DNA of 64,000 nucleotides from Octopus sinensis (taxonomy: Eukaryota). The position numbers were made by a program, and so were the translations under genes. The stretch spans positions 49,910,001 through 49,974,000 of the forward strand of contig NC_043015.1 in assembly GCF_006345805.1 (NCBI RefSeq). The letters are read 5' to 3'. Of this stretch, positions 25,571 through 36,526 are shown piece after piece. Within the stretch, counting starts at the first letter, position 1, and each line of letters opens with the position of its first letter. The notes beneath the pieces are model-generated. The model had not been told where the DNA came from. It ran no database searches and worked only from the letters and a program-made list of their open reading frames with translations.

Positions 25571-26704
25571 AATATTATTACTAAATGCTGAAGTTACTTA
25601 GTGACTCAAGAGCCAAGAGCCTCAGTCATTGATAAGAGTCAATGCACAAGACTCTTGGTCCTTGAGTCACTTGATGATTTCTGCCTATTACTAATTATAT
25701 ATATATATGTGTACATGTCTGTGTGTACATGTACATTACACACACACACACATATATATTACATTGTTGAGATTATTTTCTTAATACTCAGAGTTTCACA
25801 GTTCTTCACTGATCAAGTGAGATTAGCAAAGAGTCAAAAAGCAACAAGAAGAGAATAAGCTGAAAGCTTTCATAAATAAAAACAATATTTCTATATAGTC
25901 TACTTTTATGCGTGCACACACACATACACACGTACACAAAACAAATTAAAGGTAACGCTATGCAACTTCGTAATACTCATTATTATTATTATTACTGCTT
26001 AGCGAGTTCAAAATCCGCTGAAGTCAACTTTGCCTTTCATCCTTTTGGGGTTGATTAAATAAGTACCAGTTATGCACTGGGGGTCGATGTAATTAACTTA
26101 ATCCCTTTGTCTGTCCTTATTACCAGTATGTAATTGGTACTTTGGTACTTATTTAATCGACCCCGAAAGGATGAAAGGCAAAGTCGACCTCGGCGGAATT
26201 TGAACTCAGAACGTAACGGCAAACGAAATACTGCTAAGCATTTTGCCCAGCGTGCTAACATTTCTGTCAGCTCACCACTTTACATGTGTGTAGGCACATC
26301 TACACCTGTGCCTACACACACACACATTCAGCTAAGCCAAATTTTCATTTTCCCTGCTTTAATCACAGCATTATGTTATTTATTACAGCCACACTGTCTA
26401 TAGCATTCTCTGTGTTTATGTGTGTGTATGTATCCTGCCCTCTCATGCTATTTTGTTACATTTTAGCATATTTTATTACTTATTTCTTTATAGAAGTTTC
26501 ATTTCATTTATCTTGCATTAACACACAGAGGAATGCCTTGCCATTAAATCACTGCCATGAATGAAAAATATTCAGTTAAGACAAATTTTCGTTCTCTCTG
26601 CTTCAATCATAGTATTAGGTAATTCTTTCGGTCACACTGCCCACCTTGATTTTACAGCGTCATATGTACATATTTTTTATTTATTTGTGAGTGTATATAC
26701 ATAT

Positions 26705-26748
<44 letters not shown>

Positions 26749-26756
26749 TATATATA

Positions 26757-27103
26757 TTCTTTTGCATGTTTCAATCATTTGACTGTAGCCATGTTGGAGC
26801 ACCGCCTTTAGTCAAACAAATCAACCCCAGGACTTATTCTATGTAAGCCTAGTACTTATTTTATTGGTCTCTAGGAGACAGGGATGTAAATACATCAGCA
26901 TCAGTCATCAAGCGATGGGGCAGGGGGACATAGACACACACACACACGACAGGCTTCTTTCAGTTTTCGTCTACCAAATCCACTAACAAGGCTTTGGTTG
27001 GCCCGAGGCTAGAGTAGAAGACACTTGCCCAAGGTGCCACGCAGTGGAACTGAATCCGGAACCATGTGGTTGGTAAACAAGCTACTTACCACACAGCCAC
27101 TCC
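26757..27103 (-). mobile_element. tRNA-derived SINE, family A
   Basis: Reverse-complement match to 38260-38710. Confidence 0.85.
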
Positions 27104-27654
27104 TTGTGTGTGTGTGTGTGTGTGTGTGCGTGTGTGTGTGTGTCCTGCACCCCACTACTAGTTTGTTAATGTTTATTGTGTCCTCTTAGGCAATCTTTTT
27201 ACATTTTAAAAGTTACTTTTTATTAAGAAGTTTCAACCATACAACTTGGTACTTTGCAGTGCACACTCCTACCCCACCCCCACCACCTATACTAGAAATC
27301 TTTCACCTGGAACTTTCTACTACACTGGAAACCTGTTCCAGCTGACATCAGACCACTCACTGCGACATTACTACTACAACATAAAAACAGCATTGCTAGC
27401 TTACTCACATTGGAAATAATGACAAGTATACATCTTGTTGGCTAATTATTGGCTCTACTTTATCTATCTACCTTACCTTATCTTGTATAAGCAATAGTGC
27501 ATATCACACCTTTGTCTGGTAGATGTGACAAGTGTGAGGTGAATGTATGACAGTAAATTAAATTCAGGATAACCTATATGAAACCTATATGGATATGTCA
27601 GGCAAACATCCATGCAAACCTTCTTTTCAGATGCAGAATGCTCCCCATTTCTTT

Positions 27655-28100
27655 CCTCTGTTCCCTAAGAGTTGACACACTCAACATGGGCTCACTGAAA
27701 GGTAGGTCTGGTGAGATTCCTGAAATGCTTGAACGAAAACATGTAGACATGTGTTGCATTCAAGAAGTAAGGTGGAGGGGAGCTTCTGCTAAGTTCCTCA
27801 AAGGTAAGGAACATAGGCATAAAATCTTTTTGGGCAGGTAATAATGATGGGGTCAGTAGAGTGGGACAGTTTCTTGCTGAGAAATGGGTTGATAAGAAAA
27901 TCAAGGCAATCAGAGTGTGTGATACTTAAGTGTAGACCAGTTTTGCAAAGCGGAGCAGCAACTATTATTTCTGTTTATGCTCCTCAACCAGGGCTGCCAG
28001 ACAAATAGAAAGATAGATTTTAAAACATCATTTTCAGACTATCTTGTCAACAAATGACAGTGACCTTCTATTCATGGCTGGTAACTTCGAAGGACATGTA
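27655..28100 (+). mobile_element. RTE LINE apurinic-like endonuclease fragment (degenerate)
   Basis: LRVDTLNMGSLKGRSGE..DMCCIQEVRWRG, IISVYAPQPG and AGNFEGHV motifs, with frameshifts and stops. Confidence 0.88.
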
Positions 28101-28266
28101 TGTATGTATACAAACACATGCGAGCACGTGTGTGTCCCACCACCACTTAACAATTGGTGTTGGTTTGTTTGCATCCACATAACCTAGCAGCTTGGCAAAA
28201 CAAGACCGATAGAATAAGTACAAGGTTTTAAAAAGAAAAAATACTGGAGTCAATTCATTTGATTAA

Positions 28267-28485
28267 CCCTTTAGTGTTCAGATTATTCTATCAAACATAA
28301 TGCTTATTGATTCACATTGATTTGAATTAATCATGCATTATCTCATATCTTCAAGATCTTGATGGTGTAATTACTTAATGTAGAATAACATTGTAGGGTA
28401 GATGTGAGGGCCTGGATCTGGTCAGTTTGAACATAAAACAGATTAAATATTTTGGCCGGATATGGCCGGTTTAAATACTAAAGGG
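28267..28485. mobile_element. TTAA (piggyBac-like) MITE nested in a family A SINE
   Basis: TTAA|CCCTTTAG...CTAAAGGG|TTAA; related partial copies near 19965-20150, 44270-44430 and 57820-57930. Confidence 0.8.
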
Positions 28486-29107
28486 TTAAATATTCTTCAA
28501 GGCAGTGCCCCAGCATGGCCACAGTCTAATGACTGAAACAAGGAAGAGATGAAACAGAAAATTACTATCATAATGCAATAACAACTGTACAGTCAGCATC
28601 AATACTGGTTATTTTACTTTCTAACCACCTGGGACATTCTTTTCCCCACACGTCAATCACGTACAGGAACCTTGTTCTACCACTAGTTATATTTATATCT
28701 TGTTTGTAGTTTATAGTTTCTTGGACATCAGCCATTCTGCTCCTGCACTCCCGTCTCGCTCAAAGTCAACATTCCACAAAACAGGTCAATGTCAAAACCT
28801 GATTAGTTATCAGTCTATCATCTGAAACAGTCTTTCTTTTACAAACACTACCCCTTGTCATATTTTTCCAGCCTTTTAATTCCTTTTCATTCTGTTATTC
28901 TTTATGTATTTCAGCTCCAAAGCTGTGGCAGTGCTAAAGCTATAAATACAATTCTTTCGTTCAATGTCAGAATGGGAACACACACACAGACACACACAAC
29001 TACACATGCACACCAGAAATGTATCTGCCACAATATACCCTTATCTAACCCATGCAGGCATGGAAAAATAGACATTAAAATGATTATGATGATATGTGCA
29101 TCAATAT

Positions 29108-29243
29108 CATCATCATCATTTAACGTCCGTTGTTCTGGCATGGGCTGGATAGTTTGACTGGGCTGGCATGCTGGAAGGCTGCACCAGACTCCAGTCTGAT
29201 TTGGTATGGTTTTCTACAGGTGGATGTCCACCCCAATGCCAAA
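29108..29243 (-). mobile_element. RTE LINE 3' tail joined to the 3' end of the U2 copy
   Basis: TTGGCATT...CATCCACCTGTAGAAAACCATACCAAATCAGACTGG...CCATGCCAG...GGACGTTAAATGATGATGATG; same tail follows RTE coding remnants at 17025-17473. Confidence 0.85.
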
Positions 29244-29246
29244 GTT

Positions 29247-29436
29247 ACTGGGTTGAATTCTGAAAGTACTGCAATATCAGGTCAAACCGTGCCGAAGGCA
29301 GAGCAAGCCCCTAATTGTTTGCCTCATTCTAAAAATCAGTTTAATATTGATGGTCCCAAATAGGGACCATATCAGATATTAAGCTGATAAGAACAGAGAC
29401 TACACTTTGATCTTAGCCAAAAGGCTGAGAAGCAAA
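29247..29436 (-). pseudogene. U2: Full-length U2 snRNA copy (probable retropseudogene)
   Basis: Minus strand reads GCTTCTCAGCCTTTTGGCTAAGATCAAAGTGTAGTCTCTGTTCTTATCAGCTTAATATCTGATA...GATTTTTAG...GGGCTTGCTC...ATATTGCAGTAC...CCCA, colinear with metazoan U2 over ~190 nt; stems IIa and IIb intact; GTAGTA changed to GTAGTC; immediate 5' flank is (TA)n. Confidence 0.9.
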
Positions 29437-29539
29437 ATATATATATGTATATATATATAAAATAGTAGGGAATATAATTCCAAAACTTACAGGGGAAAAA
29501 TTCAATTTAACAATTTTAAATCAAAATTCACAATATATA

Positions 29540-29798
29540 ATATATGTATATAACTTAAGAGAAAAATCTCTATTAAATAATTCAATAAAGAAAGATGTTA
29601 TTCACACCATATAGAAAACATATACTATAAAAAAAAACTTATTTTAAATCAATAAAGTACTACTGTTTACGATTTATTGTACTTTATTGATTGAAAATAA
29701 GGTTTTTTTATAGTATATGTTTTCTATAAGGTGTGAATAACATCTTTCTTTTTTGAATTGTTTAATAGTGGTTTTTCTTTAAATTATATACAAATATA
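29540..29798. repeat. Long AT-rich palindrome (~120-bp arms, ~18-nt loop)
   Basis: AAGAAAGATGTTATTCACACCATATAGAAAACATATACTAT...AATCAATAAAGTAC pairs with GTACTTTATTGATT...ATAGTATATGTTTTCTATAAGGTGTGAATAACATCTTTCTT. Confidence 0.9.
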
Positions 29799-30228
29799 TA
29801 TATATATACACACACACACATATATATACATACACACAAACTTCCATACAAAACGCACCTATGCCAGTGGCACGTAAGAAAAGCACCCATGCTAGCACTG
29901 CGTAAAAAGCTCCCAGTACACTCAGTAAGGTGGTTGGCAAACAATTTGTTGACAAGAGGAATAACAAAAGCAACATCACACATAAATGATTTTTGTACAT
30001 TAAAAATGTAAACAAACATTCATAACATATACATACATATGTGTGCATGCATATATATATATGTGAAGTTCTCAGTCTTATCATTAAAGGCATGAAACTG
30101 CGTATTAACATTTCGGCTGATAACCGAAGAATAATTAGGGTCCTTCCATGTCTGTCCTACATGTACATTTTTTTTAGTATTTAATGCATTTTTCATTTAT
30201 TGAATAACTGAACGTCATGCATCCCAGC

Positions 30229-30293
<65 letters not shown>

Positions 30294-30694
30294 TATGTGT
30301 GTGTGTGTGTATGTATATACATATATAAACACATTATATATATATATTATATTATATATATATATATATATATAATATATATATATATAAAAGATAAATT
30401 AAATATAGAGATATTCTATTCAAAATCCAATAACTTATTTAATGTAATATTGTATATAAATTATTGGACTGTTAACAGACTATCACTATATTTAATTTCT
30501 CTTTATAATTGATTAATACCAATATGTATATGGTATCCAACTGAAGTACCAGTCAATTGGATATGTTTTACACACCCCTTTCAAGGATTTCTTATCCTCA
30601 GTTTGTTACAATATATGTGTGTGTATGTGTGTAGATGAATATATATACATGTGTGTGTATATATATATTACTGTTTTAAAGTTAACTAATGTTC

Positions 30695-31112
30695 CGTGGC
30701 AAGTAGCTTGCTTACGAACCACATGGTTCCAGGTTCAGTCCCACTGCATGGTACCTTGGGCAAGTGTCTTCTACTATAGCCTTGGGCCGACCAAAGCCTT
30801 GTCAGTGAGTTTGGTAGACGGAAACTGAAAGAAGCCCGTTGTATATATATGTATGTATATATATGTATATATGTATATATGTGTATATATATATATATAT
30901 ATTTGTATGTGTGTGTATATGTTTGTCCCCCAACATTGCTTGACAACCGATGCTGGCGTGTTTACATCCCCATAACTTAGCAGTTCGTCAAAAGAGTCCG
31001 ACAGAATAACTACTAGGCTTACAAAGAATAAGTCCTGGGGTTGATTTGCTCGACTAAAGGCAGTGCTCCAGCATGGCCACAGTCAAATGGCTGAAACAAG
31101 TAAAAGAGTAAA
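30695..31112 (+). mobile_element. tRNA-derived SINE, family A
   Basis: Match to 38260-38710 including the (AAAGAGT) tail. Confidence 0.85.
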
Positions 31113-31355
31113 GAGTACTTCTGAAAACACACATACACACACGCTGTCCAGATATATAAACAACAGAAAGCGTACTCAATATAAGTAATCCATTCCTTCA
31201 AAGCTGGCAATTCACTCTGCTGCTGCTCACAGTTGCACTCTGTGAGTAATTCCTCAGATGACAATAGGATTCGTCAATCTGTTGCAAAAACAATCACACA
31301 CAACAAGAGTGCGAACAGCAACAATGAACCCCCACTGCTTCAAAGGATCCCCATC

Positions 31356-31390
<35 letters not shown>

Positions 31391-31639
31391 CACCAAGAAC
31401 TGCAAATTGAAAATACATCATTCTGAGCGCACATCTAATGCCAAAGATTAAGGCAAATGCAAAGTAGCTGTTAGGATAGGTTTGCAAATAACTGACAAAA
31501 CTGTGCTTCCAAGATATTTATTTAAAATACAACATTTATACAGGCACAAACATAACTAAATACCCCACCCCCCACAAAGGGTTTGTGTCACTGAATAATC
31601 ATGCTAAAATAGTTAATATATTACAATAATTTACATTTA

Positions 31640-32010
31640 CCCATGTGGCCTTGGGTTCACTTCCATTTCATATCACCTTGGACACAAGTCCTCTACTAGA
31701 GCCCTGGGTCAACCAAAACCTTGTGAGTGGAGTTCATAGGTGGAAACTCAAAGAAGTCCATTGGGTGTGTGTGTTTAGCCTTGTCTAGATATCACATGAT
31801 AGTTATAATGAGCATCATCATCGTACATGGCTGTAAGTTTCCAGTCTTCCATGGAAAACCTGTCTGACCATGCGAAATACTAGCTTGATTGGCAACGTGA
31901 GGGTCAGCAACAGGAAGGACATCGGGCTGTGGAAAATCTGCCTCAACAATTTCCGTCTGACCCATACAAGCGTGGAAAAGTGGATGCTAAATGATAATGG
32001 TGATGATGAT
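31640..32010 (+). mobile_element. SINE with family A head and RTE-like tail
   Basis: CACCTTGGACACAAGTC..CCTTGTGAGTGGA head, then CAGGAAGGACATC...GTGGATGCTAAATGATAATGGTGATGATGAT. Confidence 0.7.
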
Positions 32011-32199
32011 TCAAAATAAAGTGGAGTACCTTTGGCAGAGCCTACAGGGAGGATAATGCGATATTGGTCAACTGCTTCATTTTACTGCAGCAACTCATGG
32101 GCCCTGGTTTATCCTCCTTTCCCACACCCATCAGTCATAGTGGCCTTACAAAAGACAGGTGTGCCATACTTCCTCCTCTTACTAATCTTTAGCACCATC

Positions 32200-32450
32200 T
32201 CCTCCACATTAAAAAAAAACATGGCACGTAAAAAGCACCATCCGATCGTGGCCGTTTGCCAGCCTCGTCTGGCATGTAAAAAGCACCCACTACACTTACA
32301 GAGTGGTTGGCGTTAGGAAGGGCATCCAGCCGTAGAAACATTTCCAGATCAGACTGGTCCTGGTGCAGCCTTCTGGCTTCCCAGACCCCAGTTGAATCGT
32401 CCAACCCATGCTAGCATGGAAAGCAGACACTAAACGATGATGATGATGAT
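32200..32450 (+). mobile_element. RTE LINE 3' tail
   Basis: GGCGTTAGGAAGGGCATCCAGCCG...CCATGCTAGCATGG...(GAT)n. Confidence 0.85.
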
Positions 32451-34249
32451 TAAAACCAGTTAACATTTTAAGTTTTCTTTCAATGACTTCATTTAACTTT
32501 TTTTTTTGTTCAGTGACAGTTGCATAGTACTTAACATTAAACATCATCATTGTCTGTTTAATGTCTGCTTTCACTTTTCCATACTTGAATAGATCAGGCA
32601 GATTTTTCTACAACTGGATGCCCTCCCTATTACCAATCCTCACTTGTTTGCAGGTGAGGTAATATTCCCCCACAACCAGACACGTTTTTTGCAGAAAATT
32701 AGAAACAAATAACACTGCTTACAAGATGGTGACATTTGTTTACAACTATCACATGATGTCAAAGAAAGACAACAATAACACACACACACACGTGTGTGTG
32801 TGTGTGTGTGTGTGTAAATATATACATTTCTTTACTACCCACAAGGGGCTAAACACAGAGGGGACAAACAAGGACCGACAAACTGATTAAGTTGATTACA
32901 TCAACCCCAGTGTGTAACTGGTACTTAATTTATCGACTCCGGTGGAATTTGAACTCAGAATGTAACGACAGACGAAATACGGCTACACATTTCGCCCGGC
33001 AGGCTAACGTTTCTGCCAGCTCACCGCCTTGGTGTGTAAATATATATGATGGGCTTTTATTAGTTTCCATGTCCAAATCCACTCACAAGTCTTCGATCAA
33101 CCCAAGGATATGGTAAAAGATGCTTGTCCAAGATGTCACACAGTGGGACTGAACCTGGAACCATGTGATTGGGAAGCTAACTTCTCATCACACAATTCAC
33201 ACAAGTTATATCAAACAGACTGATTGACATAAACATTAACAAGTTACAAAATATTTGCTTGAATTCTTGTCAGTCCACACCACATGAAACCTGAGCAAAG
33301 CAACTATGTCAAAAATGCAACAGAGAGACTAAACAGAGCAAACAGAGACAACAAACAAATCTAATATAAACATCTGCTCCAATTATATTTACTAAAATAT
33401 AATGTAATGCTAAAATTCGACAGACATTGCTTTAGGTATTTTCAAAACCCAAATGTAGTAAATTAGCAAAGTATACCAGGAACAATGCCAAAATTCATCA
33501 AGACTATTATTTTGCATATGCTTTCCATTCTGGTGTGGATTGGGCAGAGTCATCACAATATGAATCTGACCTTTGGCAGAGTTACTGATCTTCTAGACAA
33601 ATCAAAGGACCACGTCCTGTTTGTATGATTTATTTTGGCAGGGTCTATGGCTGGATACCCTTCCTGACACCAACTATATAACACAGTTTACTGACTGCTT
33701 TAGTAGGGCATCAAGCTAGAGAGGCTTTTCAAGTCCATAAGAGGACTAAAGGATCCATTTGATTATCTTCATTTGCCCATCAACCAAATTATATATACAT
33801 ATATAAAACAAATTATATGTTGATTATATGATAGATAAAGCTGTAATAATGAAGCGAAACCAAATAGAGATACTTTGAAATCATTTAAAACATACATTAC
33901 AGGTTTGCATAATATATAATAAAAAAAATGCATCCATTATGTAAACCTTCCTCGGCTTAAGCTCAAAATATCTCTTGCTGGATGGGATACTATACAAGCT
34001 TGTCAAATTACTGCATGTGTCCCCAGAGCTCGGAGATTGCTTGAAGATACAAGGCATGTTATAAAAACTTGCCTAGACTCATGTCCCCAATGCATGAAAC
34101 TATTACTAGCTTGTTTCTTTATACTGTTTATGATATATGTGTGCTGGGGCCCCTGACCTTGCCAGTTCCTGTCAAGCCATCCAAACCATGCTACCATGGA
34201 AAACAGACATTAAATGTTGATGATGAAATATATATATATATATATATAT

Positions 34250-34612
34250 GCGCAGAGGTGGCTGTGTGGTAAGAAGCTTACTTCCAACCACATGGTTCTG
34301 GGTTCAGTCCCACTGTGTGGCACCTTGGGCAAGTGTCTTCTACTAAAATCCTGGTCCAACCAAAGCCTTGTGAGTGGATTTGGTACATGGAAACCGAAAG
34401 AAGCCTGTTGTGTGTGTGTGTCCACCTCCACTTCTAGACAACCTGTGTTGGTGTATTTATATTCCCGTAACTTAGTGCTTCAGCAAAAGAGATTGATAGA
34501 ATAAGTACTAAGCTTAAAACAAAACATACTGGGGTTGATACATTCAACCGTAAATTCTTCAAGGCGGTACCCCAGCATGGCCACAGTATAATGACTGAAA
34601 CAGGTAAAAGAT
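34250..34612 (+). mobile_element. tRNA-derived SINE, family A
   Basis: Complete head-to-tail match. Confidence 0.85.
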
Positions 34613-34969
34613 ATCAGTATCTTTTATCTATACATTCTTGTATTCTTGTACTTGTTTCAGTCATTTGACTGCGGCCATGTTGGAGCACCGCCTTTAGTTG
34701 AACAAATCGACCCCAGGACTTATTCTTTTGCAAGCCTAGTACACAGCCACTCCTGTGCCTCATCATCATCATCGTTTAACGTCCATTTTCCACACTAGCA
34801 TGGGTTAAACAGTTTGACTGAGGTCTGGAAAGCCAGCAGCTGCCCCAGGCTCCAATCTGATCTGGCAATGTTTCTACACCTGGATGCCCTTCCTAACATC
34901 AACCACTCCAAGAGTGTAGTGGGTGCTTTTTACGTGCCACCGGCACAGGAGCCTATATGTGTATGTATG

Positions 34970-35027
<58 letters not shown>

Positions 35028-35283
35028 ATGTATGTGTATATATATATATATATATAATATATATATATATATTTGGAAATCCATTTTTTTTCTCTAAGGA
35101 CAGCATGCTCAAATTTGAGGGAGATTGAGTGCTCTTTCTAGCAAGGTCAATGACAATGCAAAGAAACTGCATAACCCCATTGGTTCATGATGTGTCTTGA
35201 AGGCCAGGGTTGATCTTAATACACTGACATAAGAGAAACCATAAAAGAAATTTTTTTTTTTTAAATTAATTGGCATAACTTAC

Positions 35284-35374
35284 ATATCTGCGGGAGTATA
35301 CTGATAATGTTGTGATAGTTCTTGACCACTGTGCCAGCCAACAAAAACTGCGGGAATTTTCACTTCATTGCCAA
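35284..35374 (-). CDS. RNF13: RNF13-like coding exon 5 (end of PA domain)
   Basis: (V)GNEVKIPAVFVGWHSGQELSQHYQYTPAD, matching 'IDIPSVFIG'; ttccag acceptor, GTAAGT donor; 91 nt, phase 1/2. Confidence 0.94.
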
Positions 35375-35619
35375 CTGGAAAAATGGTAATACATAAGGAT
35401 TCAGTATGAGAAAGTTACAGTTCATTACCTTCATAAATTAAATTAACGTTCTTTAATGAATTAGATAAAATATAAATTACATATTAAGCACCATGACACA
35501 ATTGTGAATCTCCTTCTGGGTGGTAAGTAAAAGGATCTTCAGTTGGTTCCAACAATGTGGATTCTAGTTGTTCAATCACTTGAACTCCCTACTCTCCGAA
35601 TTACAGAGTAGATGGCCAA

Positions 35620-36160
35620 GTATTCTACAGCAGTTATGGTATTACAACTATCGCGGTGTTACAACACCTGTGGCATTACAACAGTCAAGGGGATACAATA
35701 CTTTAGGTATTTCAAGTCATGATGATACTATAACAGTTGAGGTGTATCATACATCGCATGTAACACCAACACTTGTAACAGCAAAATGGCTGTTATAGCT
35801 ATGATGCTACAACAGTCAAGATACAAACTTAAGGTGTTACAACACTTGTAACACCACAACAGTTTGGTGTGATGTTACAACAGTCAAGGCAATACAAAAC
35901 TTAATACGCTACATTTAAGATGTTACAACAGTAGAGGTGTGTTACAACACTTGTGGCACTACGACTGTTGTAACAGCACAGCAGTCATGGTGTAATGCTA
36001 TGACAGTTATGAAGTTACAACAATCAAAGTGAAATGATGCTTAAAAGTGTTACGACATTTAAGATGGTACGGCAGTCGAGATGTTACAACTGTGGTAAAA
36101 GCACAAGTTATGATGTTACAACAATTGGGGTGGTACAGCCTTTGATTGGTTACAATGGTT
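35620..36160. repeat. Degenerate minisatellite built on (GAT)GTTACAACA
   Basis: Many TTACAAC/TACAAC/GTAACA cores at irregular ~15-35 nt spacing. Confidence 0.75.
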
Positions 36161-36435
36161 GACACAAAAGAGAACTTTTGGCCCTTGTTGGGAGGAGGAG
36201 GGAGATGGTGGTGGTGGTGGGTGCTTGTTATTAGAAAATATTTTTGTAGCAAACAGATTATAAAGTAAAAACTAGTTAGCCAAATAAAATGAGTACATTA
36301 CTAATGAGTATTTGATAATAGCAGGAGTAGTACAAGCGGTGGTGTTGGTGGCGGTGGCAGCAGTAACCACCCCCTTTACTGAAACACTAAACAGAACTGA
36401 AACAAGAGACGAGAGGAAAATAGCAACAAACTTAC

Positions 36436-36526
36436 CAGCACCTGATCCCATGTAAACTAAGTCATCATTATTGAAATAATTATGGACAATAGCTGCATTA
36501 AAGCCAGCTTTTTCAGCATTAAGAAC
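36436..36526 (-). CDS. RNF13: RNF13-like coding exon 4 (PA domain)
   Basis: VLNAEKAGFNAAIVHNYFNNDDLVYMGSGA, matching RNF13 'VLNAQRAGYKAAIVHN..DDLISMGS'; ttgtag acceptor, GTAAGT donor; 91 nt, ends phase 1. Confidence 0.95.

Noticed and set aside
27578-27841. 'Craniofacial development protein 2-like' host gene
   Set aside because: Degenerate RTE endonuclease with stops and frameshifts.
29247-29436. Keno/Utopia-type site-specific insertion into U2
   Set aside because: U2 is uninterrupted; the LINE sequence is appended after its 3' end.
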